From positions 390,001-422,000 of the forward strand of contig FP565575.1 in NCBI GenBank assembly GCA_000091165.1: a DNA stretch of 32,000 bases, read 5' to 3'. Made by a program: the position numbers and the translations under genes. This DNA is from Candidatus Methylomirabilis oxygeniifera (GTDB lineage Bacteria; Methylomirabilota; Methylomirabilia; Methylomirabilales; Methylomirabilaceae). Below are positions 17,179 to 25,920 of this stretch, piece by piece (positions within the stretch are counted from its first letter, which is position 1; each line of letters begins with the position of its first letter). Below the pieces are notes generated by a model that was not told the DNA's origin, searched no databases, and worked only from the letters and a program-made list of their open reading frames with translations.

Positions 17179-17918
17179 GCGAAACAGCTCACCTTTCGAA
17201 AGAGATGTTCAGTGACTTCGGTCAGTGTCTCAAACGGTTCACAGGAGATCCCCTGAAGATCACACCACTCTCGCAGTCCCGCCTTCGCGTAGACCTTTTG
17301 CGCCACAGTCGAGATGCAACGGTCAGATCGTCCGTCTCCGATATAGATTGTCTCTTTGAGCGAGAGGCCGCAAAAGCTAGCCACGGCGCATTTACACGTC
17401 CCGGCTCCAATCCGGCAGTCGGGTGATGCATACGGGGAACCGAGCGAGAAGGACCCGTTTCCATCACAGACCAGACGATTTGAGACGACGGGGATCGAAG
17501 ACAGACCGTACCGACGCAGTACCGCCTCGATGAGCCGATCGATGCCGTCGCTGACGATGATCAACGGGATACCGTGTTGTGCGCACCGTTGCTGGAGTGT
17601 CACGATACCCTTGTCGATGGGGAGAGTAGCCGCAAACTGCATGAGTGTTGACTGATCTGCCTGAATCAACTCCACCTGTCGGGACAGACACTCTCGGCTG
17701 GTGATCTCACCCCGTTCCCATCGACACTGCCATTCGCGGAATGCCGGCAGGGCAAAAGCTTCGAGGATGGCATCGGTGACATCCGTTCTGGTGATGGTCC
17801 CATCGAAATCGCAAAGGACTTGAAAAGCCGGCAGATCGCTCGGCATGCGCAGAGATCGGGAACCTGCTGCCGGCTTCTCTAATTCGGGATAGTTTATTGA
17901 AAGAAGAGTCTGATCCAT
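17175..17918 (-). CDS. HAD-IB (MtnX-like) phosphatase
   Basis: VLCDFDGTITRTDVTDAIL; PLIIVSDGIDRLIEAVLRRYGL; IYIGDGRSDRC; ATGA overlap with the aminotransferase. Confidence 0.85.
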   Translation of the reverse strand: MDQTLLSINYPELEKPAAGSRSLRMPSDLPAFQVLCDFDGTITRTDVTDAILEAFALPAFREWQCRWERGEITSRECLSRQVELIQADQSTLMQFAATLPIDKGIVTLQQRCAQHGIPLIIVSDGIDRLIEAVLRRYGLSSIPVVSNRLVCDGNGSFSLGSPYASPDCRIGAGTCKCAVASFCGLSLKETIYIGDGRSDRCISTVAQKVYAKAGLREWCDLQGISCEPFETLTEVTEHLFRKVSCFA

Positions 17919-18378
17919 ACGTGAGCTACAGCATTCAACCTTTTCTCAATGCTTCGTTCGCCCTTTGTAAAGACCGCGTTCGGCTGAAGCCGTGCAGTCA
18001 CCTCGTTCGACTTACCTGAATCAATGCTGAGCGGCTGCGTCCGAAGTGATTAGAAACTAGGCTGACCGTTGGGCGGGCTCGCTTCCCTGTGCGGGGGAGG
18101 CGGACTCCGAATGGGTCGTTTTACGGGTGTGGACGATGCGATAGCTGGATGGTAACGGAATCGTGAGACGAGAAGTGAGAGAACTGTAATCCGTCGCGGT
18201 GAACAAGAGACTACGCAACGACCCTAACGACGAGGCTGGCGTACGCGCCGCAGGAGGCTTGATCTCTCCGCTGGAATCCGGCATGACTGCTTCGAAACCA
18301 CAGGCCTGTGCACGTTCCCTTGAAGCCGATCCGTCGAGGTCTAACACATTAAAGAGGACGTAGGAGGATGTGACAATC

Positions 18379-18507
18379 ATGCACACAGCAAAGAACGAAA
18401 AGAGATGTCGGAAGCTGACACGCCGCACACTAAACCTACACATTACAAAAAATAATAGCTCTTTTGCGCCGGGCTGTCAAGGTAATCTCTGTTCTGCCTC
18501 CTGCTAA
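18379..18507 (+). CDS. Small ORF, 42 aa, Cys-terminated (MHTAKNEKRCRKLTRRTLNLHITKNNSSFAPGCQGNLCSASC)
   Basis: Manual translation; AGGAGG at 18362-18367, 11 nt upstream of the ATG; below the track's length cutoff. Confidence 0.35.
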   Translation: MHTAKNEKRCRKLTRRTLNLHITKNNSSFAPGCQGNLCSASC

Positions 18508-18565
18508 ATTGTTCCATCCACTCCACGCGCATCCTTGGCCTCTTATACTCAATTCCTACGCCTTC

Positions 18566-19528
18566 TTAACGAATCTCGGCTCCTCGATTGAAGGCCTTCG
18601 CTGGAAAGACGTCAGCATGAACCTTTGTAGGCACGACCTCTCTCATCTTTTCCATGATCGATGTGGCCATCTCCAGGTCCTTTGCCAGCCCATAGACCGC
18701 CGGTCCCCAGGAGCTTTGCCCCACCCCTAACGCCCCTGCCTGCGACATTGCCTTGGCCAACGTCGCCCCCTGTGTGGTGGCAAACGTTCCACCCTGAACG
18801 GGTTGAAACCAGTGTCCGACAATTCGCTGAATCATCGTAAGCGATTTGCCGAAGACGACGGGATCGCGTTCGAGCACCGACGGCAGCATCTGCATGAGGA
18901 GAATTCGGCTGAGTCGTCCCGTGTCGGCAGGACGGCCGGCGATTCGGTGAAACGCCCGGACTTCTTGTGCTCCGGCCAGCCCGCGGCCGGCGCGGGGAAT
19001 GGCCACGACAAAAGTCCAGTCTTTCGGAAAGGGGTAGCGAGCGATCATCGGCGGCACACCCTCCACCCTCCACCCTCCACCCTGCACTGCTCTCCGCCCG
19101 GCGTCTACGATAAAGCCGCCCCGCTCGAAGGCGGCGATCCCGATCCCTGACCGACGTCCTCTGCCCATTACGCCTGCCAACTCCCGAACATCAGCGTCGA
19201 CAGAGAACAGGCGAGCCAGCGCAGCAGCGACGCTCAAGGCCAGTTGCGTTCCTGAGCCCAAGCCGATATGGGCAGGGATCGTTGTCTTGACGGAGATATG
19301 TACCGTTTGGCGAATGTTGTAGTGACTGAGGAATTGGCGCGCGAGCGCAAGGACTCGGTCCCTCTCTGTCCCTGTGACCGAGAGGCGATTTGCCGGCATC
19401 GCCTCGAGCATGATCGAGGGTTCGTCGATCGCCAGCCCGATACTCCCAAACTGTCGACCCGATGAGCCGTCGGGGTCGATGAATCCGAAGTGAAGCCTGG
19501 CATGGGCTTTGACCGTTACCTTCATCAC
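18566..19528 (-). CDS. mptG: Beta-ribofuranosylaminobenzene 5'-phosphate synthase (GHMP-kinase-like)
   Basis: KAHARLHFGFIDPDGSSGRQFGSIGLAID; TTIPAHIGLGSGTQLALSVAAALA; VGQSSWGPAVYGL. GTG 19528 or ATG 19525 start. Confidence 0.88.
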   Translation of the reverse strand: MMKVTVKAHARLHFGFIDPDGSSGRQFGSIGLAIDEPSIMLEAMPANRLSVTGTERDRVLALARQFLSHYNIRQTVHISVKTTIPAHIGLGSGTQLALSVAAALARLFSVDADVRELAGVMGRGRRSGIGIAAFERGGFIVDAGRRAVQGGGWRVEGVPPMIARYPFPKDWTFVVAIPRAGRGLAGAQEVRAFHRIAGRPADTGRLSRILLMQMLPSVLERDPVVFGKSLTMIQRIVGHWFQPVQGGTFATTQGATLAKAMSQAGALGVGQSSWGPAVYGLAKDLEMATSIMEKMREVVPTKVHADVFPAKAFNRGAEIR

Positions 19529-20073
19529 TATTGCCGCTCGACGTAATTTTGGAGGTATTGCATCGCCTGGGCTTCCTGCTCCCCCCCGGTTTTCTGCACA
19601 ATCTCAGCCAGGCGGCGATACTCCTGAAGGATCGTTTCCACACCCAGGAACCGGACCCGAGTGGCCAGGATCGCCGCCTCAATAATCGCATTCTTCGCCC
19701 GGTTGAACCCGATGAATTCCCGCAGGACGCCTTTCTTGATGATTTTACAGCGAAAGGTTGCGCGCGGGGAGGTGGTATCGGCGTGCATGACCGAACACTC
19801 GTAATAAGAGCAGGCGTCGGTCAGGACACGGCCGGGAACCAGCTCGGCCGGAAACGCAGGAAACTGAGGGCTGGAGATGGCGCTTTCGGCGAATAGGCGG
19901 ATCGAGTCGGTCAGATTGACGACAGCAGCCCCGGTGGCGACAAGATTCCGATAGGTGGCTGAATCTGTATAGGGGCGGATAAGGATCTCCCCTTCCCTGA
20001 TGGCGACCCCCATCGGGGCACAATTCGCCTCTCCCTCCTCATTCAACGTTGTGACGATACTCTCAATAATCAT
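19528..20073 (-). CDS. DUF447 family protein, flavin-reductase-like, of the H4MPT biosynthesis cluster
   Basis: MIIESIVTTLNEEGEANCAPMGVAI...IRPYTDSATYRNLVATGAAVVNLTD; start ATG 20073 overlaps the upstream TAA (TAATG). The track ORF up to 20799 is an antisense/out-of-frame extension. Confidence 0.85.
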   Translation of the reverse strand: MIIESIVTTLNEEGEANCAPMGVAIREGEILIRPYTDSATYRNLVATGAAVVNLTDSIRLFAESAISSPQFPAFPAELVPGRVLTDACSYYECSVMHADTTSPRATFRCKIIKKGVLREFIGFNRAKNAIIEAAILATRVRFLGVETILQEYRRLAEIVQKTGGEQEAQAMQYLQNYVERQ

Positions 20074-21428
20074 TATCCTGTCCCGAGATACCCCCATTTG
20101 AGATCGTCTTCCTGGATATATTTTTTTCCGAGCAGCATTGCTATCCGCGCCTTCATCAGCTCGCGACCCAGGTAAAAGGCGTGACCGACCGGTTCCTGGC
20201 CGAGGTGCGCCGTAAGCTGGTCGAAGATCCGGCGGATGTCGGTCTCCTTGATGAAGAGATCGCGATTGAACACATAGATGGCCTCCCGGTCCGCAAAGAT
20301 CCTGAAGTTCTGGTCCGTCACCATCGGCTGCATCTCCCTCAGTTCTGCTTCGGATGGGCAATCGATCCGTCGGTCCTTGATGGTGAGCAGGCCGTCGTCG
20401 ATATCTTTCGGCAGCACCCCCCGCTGCCGGGCGTAATACATCAGCCGCCGAGCCAGGTCCAACTCGCGGACGGAGCCCCTGGCCCACGAGGCCACCTCGG
20501 TGGTAAGCACATATCGGATCTGCAGCTCCGACATCACCCCTGCGAGGAGCGCATTGATCCCCGTGCTGTCGGCATCGGTCAACTCGGTGATGTTTCCCAC
20601 CCCCATGAGGATCTCGGCCTGCGGGAAGCGGCGTCTCGCCTCGGTGTAGCGGGCGAGCGATTCGGCGAAACCGAAGCCGATCGGCGCGAGAATGGGATCG
20701 ATGAGGTATTGCGTGCTGCTCAGGCGCTCCACGGCTTCGATGTTCGCCGCCAGGGAATCCAGCCCCTTGCCGAAATCGGGGATAATCACCGGGGTGCACT
20801 GTAGATCCGGGGCAAGCTGCAGGTTCAGAGCGTTCAGGCTCAGGAGCAATTCGGCGCCGGCCTTGTCGGCGGCAAGAATCTCCTGCGGATCAAAGCTGTC
20901 GATGCTGACGCGGAACCCTTCAGACCGAAGTGCCGAGACAATCTCACCGACATTACCGGCCGGTCGCGCCGGGATACAGCCGACATCGATGATATCCGCG
21001 CCGCAGGCTGCGTAGTAGCGGGCCTTGCGGAGGATCTCCTCGATCGGCAGGGTGGGGGCGTCGTTGATCTCGGCCAGGATGGTCAGATCATGCCCGCCAT
21101 ACCCCTCCCGTTTCTTCTCGACACCGAAGTAGTAGGGGATATCACGCAGATCCTTCGGCCCCTTTTCGACCTTTACGCCCAACGCCTGCTCCAACTCGCC
21201 AGGTTCCACACGGCAGAGTCCGGGGATCATCAGCAGGTCACAGGATGGTGAGCGGAGCGCATGGAGGATGAAGGGCTGGGTCATCAGGGCGGCCACGCTG
21301 ATCTTGAGGACGGCCACCTCGTGGTCGAAGTCGGCCTGCATGCCTGCCAGCGTTTCTTTCAGGGCACGCTCTGCCAGCTTGCCGGTAATGAAGAGGATCT
21401 TCATGCGCCCGCCGCATTCCGTCGTCAC
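20073..21428 (-). CDS. Dihydropteroate synthase-related protein (DUF6513 + DHPS-like)
   Basis: MKILFITGKLAERALKETLAGM...; ARYYAACGADIIDVGCIPARP; FRVSIDSFDPQEILAADKAGAELLLSLN; GVGNITELTDADSTGINALLAG. Confidence 0.85.
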   Translation of the reverse strand: MTTECGGRMKILFITGKLAERALKETLAGMQADFDHEVAVLKISVAALMTQPFILHALRSPSCDLLMIPGLCRVEPGELEQALGVKVEKGPKDLRDIPYYFGVEKKREGYGGHDLTILAEINDAPTLPIEEILRKARYYAACGADIIDVGCIPARPAGNVGEIVSALRSEGFRVSIDSFDPQEILAADKAGAELLLSLNALNLQLAPDLQCTPVIIPDFGKGLDSLAANIEAVERLSSTQYLIDPILAPIGFGFAESLARYTEARRRFPQAEILMGVGNITELTDADSTGINALLAGVMSELQIRYVLTTEVASWARGSVRELDLARRLMYYARQRGVLPKDIDDGLLTIKDRRIDCPSEAELREMQPMVTDQNFRIFADREAIYVFNRDLFIKETDIRRIFDQLTAHLGQEPVGHAFYLGRELMKARIAMLLGKKYIQEDDLKWGYLGTG

Positions 21429-22174
21429 ACCCAGAGGCCGCCGTGGACGTGAAGGACCGCCCCTGTCACATATCGCGCCTTCTCGGATGCCAGAAAACTC
21501 ACCGCCTCGGCGATATCGTCGGGAGCGCCCAATCGACCGAGGGGGACCATCCCGGCCCAGGCCGCCTTGTCCTCAGCCTGATACCCGCCATAGGTCTCGG
21601 TCTCGATGAAACCGGGGTTGATGGCGTTGACCCTGATGCCCCAAGGCGCTTCGGATCGCGCCAACGACCTGGTCAACATAATCACGCCGGCCTTGGCGAT
21701 GTAGTAGGCCGGGGCCTCAAAGACCCCGATCGGCGAATGCTCCACATTGAGCGCCCCGATGTTGATGATGCTGCCGCCGCGCCGCTCTCGCATAACCCGC
21801 AGGGCCGCCCTGCTGCAATAAAAGGTGCTGCTCAGGTTACTGTCCAGCGTTCGTCGCCACTCGTCGTCGGTAGTGTCATATAACGTCCGCGTAAGAAACG
21901 GACCAACGTTGTTGACCAGGAGATCAAGGGGGCCAAGTTGGCTGACCGCCGTCTCGATGAGACGGGACGCGCCGGCGGAGACGGAGACATCCGCTTTCAC
22001 AGCCACGGCCTTCACAGGCAGACCCTCGAACTCCAGAAGGGCCGATTGGGCCGTCTCGTCGTCGGCATGATAGTTCAGGACGACGTTGTACCCGTCCTGG
22101 GCAAGGCGGCAGGCAATCGCCTTGCCGATCCCTTTCGTGCCGCCGGTAATCACCGCAACCCGTCGTGACTGCAT
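21425..22174 (-). CDS. Short-chain dehydrogenase/reductase (SDR), pteridine/dihydromethanopterin reductase candidate
   Basis: VAVITGGTKGIGKAIACRLAQDG; LVNNVG; YYIAKAGVIMLTRSLA; GIRVNAINPGFIET; ATGA coupling to the DHPS-like gene. Confidence 0.85.
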   Translation of the reverse strand: MQSRRVAVITGGTKGIGKAIACRLAQDGYNVVLNYHADDETAQSALLEFEGLPVKAVAVKADVSVSAGASRLIETAVSQLGPLDLLVNNVGPFLTRTLYDTTDDEWRRTLDSNLSSTFYCSRAALRVMRERRGGSIINIGALNVEHSPIGVFEAPAYYIAKAGVIMLTRSLARSEAPWGIRVNAINPGFIETETYGGYQAEDKAAWAGMVPLGRLGAPDDIAEAVSFLASEKARYVTGAVLHVHGGLWV

Positions 22175-22222
22175 TCGCTTAATCCCTTTGGCAGGAAAAG
22201 CAATTAGCTGTCAACTTCGGAC

Positions 22223-22259
22223 AAACCCCCCTCGCCCCCCTTTCAATAAAGGGGGGTTA
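22223..22259. repeat. C-rich/G-rich palindromic intergenic repeat (copy 1)
   Basis: AAACCCCCCTCGCCCCCCTTTCAATAAAGGGGGGTTA; inverted arms CCCCCCTTT / AAAGGGGGG. Confidence 0.6.
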
Positions 22260-22394
22260 CGTATGCCGTGGTGCGACCGCGACATCCGTCCTCTGCCCCT
22301 TGAAACCGTATCTTAAGCCCGCCCTGCTGAAACTTCAAGGCGAATCCATCCTTGCGTGTGCGGACAGTGCCATGACCTGCGCCATCAGAATTAC

Positions 22395-22422
22395 TTGACT
22401 AATTTTGGGTGGGATGTAGAAT
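22395..22422 (+). promoter_or_regulatory. tRNA promoter candidate
   Basis: TTGACT, 16-nt spacer, TAGAAT, ending 17 nt before the mature tRNA 5' end. Confidence 0.6.
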
Positions 22423-22439
22423 AAGTTACCCGACAGATT

Positions 22440-22515
22440 GGGCGGTTAGCTCAGTCGGGAGAGCGCCGCCTTCACACGGCGGAGGTCACTGGTTCGATCC
22501 CAGTACCGCCCACCA
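22440..22515 (+). tRNA. tRNA-Val, anticodon CAC (22473-22475), encoded CCA
   Basis: Acceptor GGGCGGT/ACCGCCC, D stem GCTC/GAGC, anticodon stem CCGCC/GGCGG with loop TTCACAC, T arm ACTGG-TTCGATC-CCAGT, 3' ACCA; 76 nt. Confidence 0.97.
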
Positions 22516-22520
22516 TGATT

Positions 22521-22548
22521 CCCCTGCCGTCCAGCAGGGGTTTTTTAT
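22521..22548 (+). terminator. Rho-independent terminator of tRNA-Val
   Basis: CCCCTGC-CGTCCA-GCAGGGG followed by TTTTTTATT. Confidence 0.85.
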
Positions 22549-22651
22549 TTACCCTGACCATTGCAGCTTGACATCAGTGGACTCGTTCGGTAGGCTCCGG
22601 TTTACCTCAGCCTCTCATTGCATGTAAGAATCAATCGCCATCGGGAGAAGC

Positions 22652-23722
22652 ATGGAAGCCGGACAATCTGGTGATGTGACAGCGCGGGTGCGATGGATCG
22701 GCGAGCGGGTACTCGCCGGAGGGACGCCGACGTTTGAGGAGGCCGTCGAGCTCTTCGAACGGCCCGATTACGACGTCCATGAGCTGTTTCAGACAGCAAA
22801 TCGCCTCCGGATGAATCGATTCGGCAACCGGATACATCTGTGCGGCATCGTCAACGCGAAGAGCGGCGGCTGCCCCGAGGACTGTAGCTTCTGCAGCCAG
22901 TCTTCCCGCCAGGCCGCCGAGATCGCGCGATATAGCGTAATCGCACCCGACGAGATGGTTGTGGCCGCCAGGCGGGCGCGCGGGTACGGCGCCTGGGCGC
23001 TTGGCGTAGTGACCGCAGGTCGGGGCTACGATGCGACTTCTGAAGATTTTCGGCAGCTCGTCGAGGGGATTCGGGCTATTTCGCGGGATGGCTCGGCAGA
23101 AGCACACGCCTCCCTCGGGATTATGGGCGACGAGGAGTTCCGACAGCTTAAAACGGCCGGCCTCACGACGTTCAATCACAACCTGGAGACCGGCCGTTCC
23201 TACTTTCCGAACGTCTGTACGACCCACACCTATGACGAGCGGGTCGCGACCATTAAAGCAGCCAAGGCGGCCGGGATCAGGGCGTGCAGCGGCGGGGTCT
23301 TCGGCATGGGTGAGGCCCCCAGACATCGCGCCGAACTGGCCTTTGCCCTGAAAGAGCTGGACGTGGACGAGGTTCCCCTGAATTTTCTGATCGCTGTCGA
23401 TGGCACCAGTCTGGCGAATATCGCCCCGCTCTCACCGCTTGAGATCCTGAAGGTGATCGCGCTGTTTCGCTGGATCCTTCCGACTAAGAACATCTTCATC
23501 TGCGCCGGCCGGCAGCATCTGGGCGAATTGCACCCGATGATCTTTTTTGCCGGCGCAAGCGGAATCATGGTGGGCGACTTTCTGACCACCAGGAACCGAA
23601 GCGTAAGCGACGACCTCAAGATGTTTCATGATCTGGGGCTTGATTGTGGCGAGTCGTTGCTCGCTCCGAAACGCCACGCCCCCACCGCTTCGACAGGCCT
23701 CACCACAGGCGCTGCACTCTGA
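22652..23722 (+). CDS. bioB: Biotin synthase
   Basis: GGCPEDCSFCSQS radical SAM motif; GMGEAPRHRAELAFAL; IFICAGRQHLGELHPMIFFAGASGIMVGDFLTT. Confidence 0.95.
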   Translation: MEAGQSGDVTARVRWIGERVLAGGTPTFEEAVELFERPDYDVHELFQTANRLRMNRFGNRIHLCGIVNAKSGGCPEDCSFCSQSSRQAAEIARYSVIAPDEMVVAARRARGYGAWALGVVTAGRGYDATSEDFRQLVEGIRAISRDGSAEAHASLGIMGDEEFRQLKTAGLTTFNHNLETGRSYFPNVCTTHTYDERVATIKAAKAAGIRACSGGVFGMGEAPRHRAELAFALKELDVDEVPLNFLIAVDGTSLANIAPLSPLEILKVIALFRWILPTKNIFICAGRQHLGELHPMIFFAGASGIMVGDFLTTRNRSVSDDLKMFHDLGLDCGESLLAPKRHAPTASTGLTTGAAL

Positions 23723-23730
23723 CCCTTGCC

Positions 23731-25074
23731 ATGGCCTCACGCAGCCGGCGGCTTCAGCAGGACGATAAACGCTACGTTTGGCACCCGTTCACCCAGATGC
23801 AGGACTGGCTGCAGGAGCGCCACCCGATCATCGAACGGGGCGAGGGGAGTACCCTCATTGACGTGGATGGGCGTTCCTACCTGGACGGCGTCTCCTCTCT
23901 GTGGGTGACGGTCCATGGCCACCGCAACGCAGTCATCGATCAAGCCATCCGTACCCAACTCGGAAAGATCGCGCATACGACCTTCCTGGGGCTTTCGCAC
24001 CCGCTCGCCATTGACCTGGCCAGGGCGCTCGTCCGGATCGCCCCGAAAGGGCTCACCAAGGTGTTTTACTCCGACAACGGCTCGACTGCCGTCGAGATCG
24101 CGCTCAAGATGGCGTTTCAGTACTGGCAGCAGCGAGGCGGAGCGTTTCGCCGTAAGAGGCGGTTCATCGCCCTGGAAGAAGCGTATCACGGCGACACCCT
24201 GGGCGCGGTGAGCGTAGGCGGGATCGATCTGTTCCATCAGCTTTATCGGCCGCTCCTGTTCCCGATTCGGCGGATTCCGTCGCCGTATCGGGCGCCATGG
24301 GACCGCCGCCGTCGGCCCGACCCGCTTGTGCGACTGGGGTCGATGCTGGCGCGGCATCACGATCAGACGGCGGGTCTGGTGATGGAGCCGCTGATGCAGG
24401 GCGCGGCCGGCATGCTGCCGTCGCCGCCGGGCTTCCTCAAGGCCGTGCGATCGCTCTGCTCACAGTACAATGTGCTGCTGATCCTGGATGAGGTCGCCAC
24501 CGGCTTCGGCCGGACCGGGACGATGTTTGCCTGCGAACAGGAAGGGGTGGCGCCGGACCTGCTCTGTCTGGCGAAAGGGCTGACCGGAGGGTACCTGCCG
24601 CTGGCGGCCACGCTTGCGACACAGCAGATCTTTGACGGCTTTTACGCCCCGTATGGGGAGAAGAAGAGCTTCTTTCACGGTCATAGCTACACCGCGAACC
24701 CGCTGGCGTGCGCTGCCGCCCTCGCGAACCTGCAGTGCTTTCGGCGGGAGCGGACGCTCGAGCGGTTGCAGCCCAGGATCGCCTTCCTGCGTCGGGAACT
24801 GGAATCGCTGCGATTGCTGCCGCACGTGGGCGACATCCGACAGGTGGGGTTCATGGTGGGGATAGAGTTGATGCAGGATCCGGCACGGGGTGAACCGTAC
24901 CCGTACGAGGCTAAGATCGGGATTCGGACGATCCTCGACGCGAGGCGTCGAGGGCTCATCATCCGGCCGTTGGGCAACGTCATTGTCCTGATGCCGCCCC
25001 TGTCGATCTCCCGCACCGACCTGCGCAGGATGGTTCGCATTGTCGGTGACTCCATCAGGGCGGCAACGGAGTAA
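23731..25074 (+). CDS. bioA: Adenosylmethionine-8-amino-7-oxononanoate aminotransferase
   Basis: VWHPFTQMQDW; SLWVTVHGHRNAVIDQAI; LILDEVATGFGRTGTMFACEQ; LCLAKGLTGGYLPLAATLAT; start trimmed to ATG 23731. Confidence 0.95.
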   Translation: MASRSRRLQQDDKRYVWHPFTQMQDWLQERHPIIERGEGSTLIDVDGRSYLDGVSSLWVTVHGHRNAVIDQAIRTQLGKIAHTTFLGLSHPLAIDLARALVRIAPKGLTKVFYSDNGSTAVEIALKMAFQYWQQRGGAFRRKRRFIALEEAYHGDTLGAVSVGGIDLFHQLYRPLLFPIRRIPSPYRAPWDRRRRPDPLVRLGSMLARHHDQTAGLVMEPLMQGAAGMLPSPPGFLKAVRSLCSQYNVLLILDEVATGFGRTGTMFACEQEGVAPDLLCLAKGLTGGYLPLAATLATQQIFDGFYAPYGEKKSFFHGHSYTANPLACAAALANLQCFRRERTLERLQPRIAFLRRELESLRLLPHVGDIRQVGFMVGIELMQDPARGEPYPYEAKIGIRTILDARRRGLIIRPLGNVIVLMPPLSISRTDLRRMVRIVGDSIRAATE

Positions 25075-25106
25075 CCTCCATGCGCTTGCTGCCGTACCAC
25101 GGAATA

Positions 25107-25156
25107 CAAAACCCCCTTGTATCCCCCTTTGCGAAAGGGGGGTTAGGGGGGTTTTC
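25107..25156. repeat. C-rich/G-rich palindromic intergenic repeat (copy 2)
   Basis: AAAACCCCCTTGTATCCCCCTTTGCGAAAGGGGGGTTAGGGGGGTTTT. Confidence 0.7.
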
Positions 25157-25178
25157 GAGGCTGAAGGCTCAGTGCTGA

Positions 25179-25916
25179 ATGCTACTTTCTGAAGAATCCA
25201 TCGGTCTATTCGTCACCGGGACCGATACCGGCGTCGGGAAGACGCTGATTACGGCCGGGCTCGCGTATGCCCTGCAGACTCATGGGATCGATGTCGGGGT
25301 GATGAAGCCGGTCGAGACCGGTTGCCCCATCCGGGGTGGCCGGGTGCGACCGCCGGATGCCTTCGCGCTGCGTGAGGCGGCAGGATCGCGGGACGCCCTG
25401 GACCTGGTCAACCCCTATCGCTTCCGTGAGCCCGTGGCCCCGATGGTTGCGGCCGAGCGGTCGGGACGACGCATCGATGTCGAGCAGTTGCTGGAGCGAT
25501 TCGGTCGTCTCGCCGATCGACATACCATGATGTTGGTCGAGGGTGCCGGCGGCCTCTTGGTTCCCATCACCGAACAGGTATCGTTCCTCGATCTTGCGGC
25601 CCGGCTGCGCCTTCCCCTCCTCGTCGTTATCGGGTCCAGGCTCGGCGCGCTGAACCATGCCAGGCTCACGGTCGAGGCCGCCCTTGCCGCCCGTGTCCCG
25701 GTGGCCGCGGCCGTCGTGAATCGCACGACCGCCGAACGATCGCCGGCCCGGATCACCAACCTTGCGGCCCTCCGCCGCCTCCTGCCGGTCCCGATCCTTG
25801 GCGAGATCCCGCGCCTGTCCGATCTCAGGGGACACGCGCTCTGGCGCAGTCCTATCCTGCAGCGCATTCTCACGTCATATCTCAAAGATCTCTTTCCGGA
25901 ACTGATGAGGAGGTGA
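25179..25916 (+). CDS. bioD: Dethiobiotin synthetase
   Basis: FVTGTDTGVGKTLITAGLAYAL; GVMKPVETGC; VEGAGGLLVPI; VVIGSRLGALNHARLTVEA. Confidence 0.94.
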   Translation: MLLSEESIGLFVTGTDTGVGKTLITAGLAYALQTHGIDVGVMKPVETGCPIRGGRVRPPDAFALREAAGSRDALDLVNPYRFREPVAPMVAAERSGRRIDVEQLLERFGRLADRHTMMLVEGAGGLLVPITEQVSFLDLAARLRLPLLVVIGSRLGALNHARLTVEAALAARVPVAAAVVNRTTAERSPARITNLAALRRLLPVPILGEIPRLSDLRGHALWRSPILQRILTSYLKDLFPELMRR

Positions 25917-25920
25917 ACCA

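Noticed and set aside
17980-18200. Cobalamin riboswitch
   Set aside because: Fragments such as CCCCCGCACAGGGAAGC on the minus strand recall B12 riboswitch boxes, but the order and remaining conserved boxes are absent.
18057-18443. 128-aa minus-strand ORF
   Set aside because: No recognisable domain, no clear Shine-Dalgarno, Ser-rich low-information sequence, and it conflicts with the better-supported small ORF on the + strand.
19528-20799. 423-aa minus-strand ORF as one protein
   Set aside because: Only the last 181 aa (from ATG 20073) match a protein family; the upstream part overlaps the strong DHPS-like gene in another frame and is compositionally Arg/Pro/Gly-rich noise.
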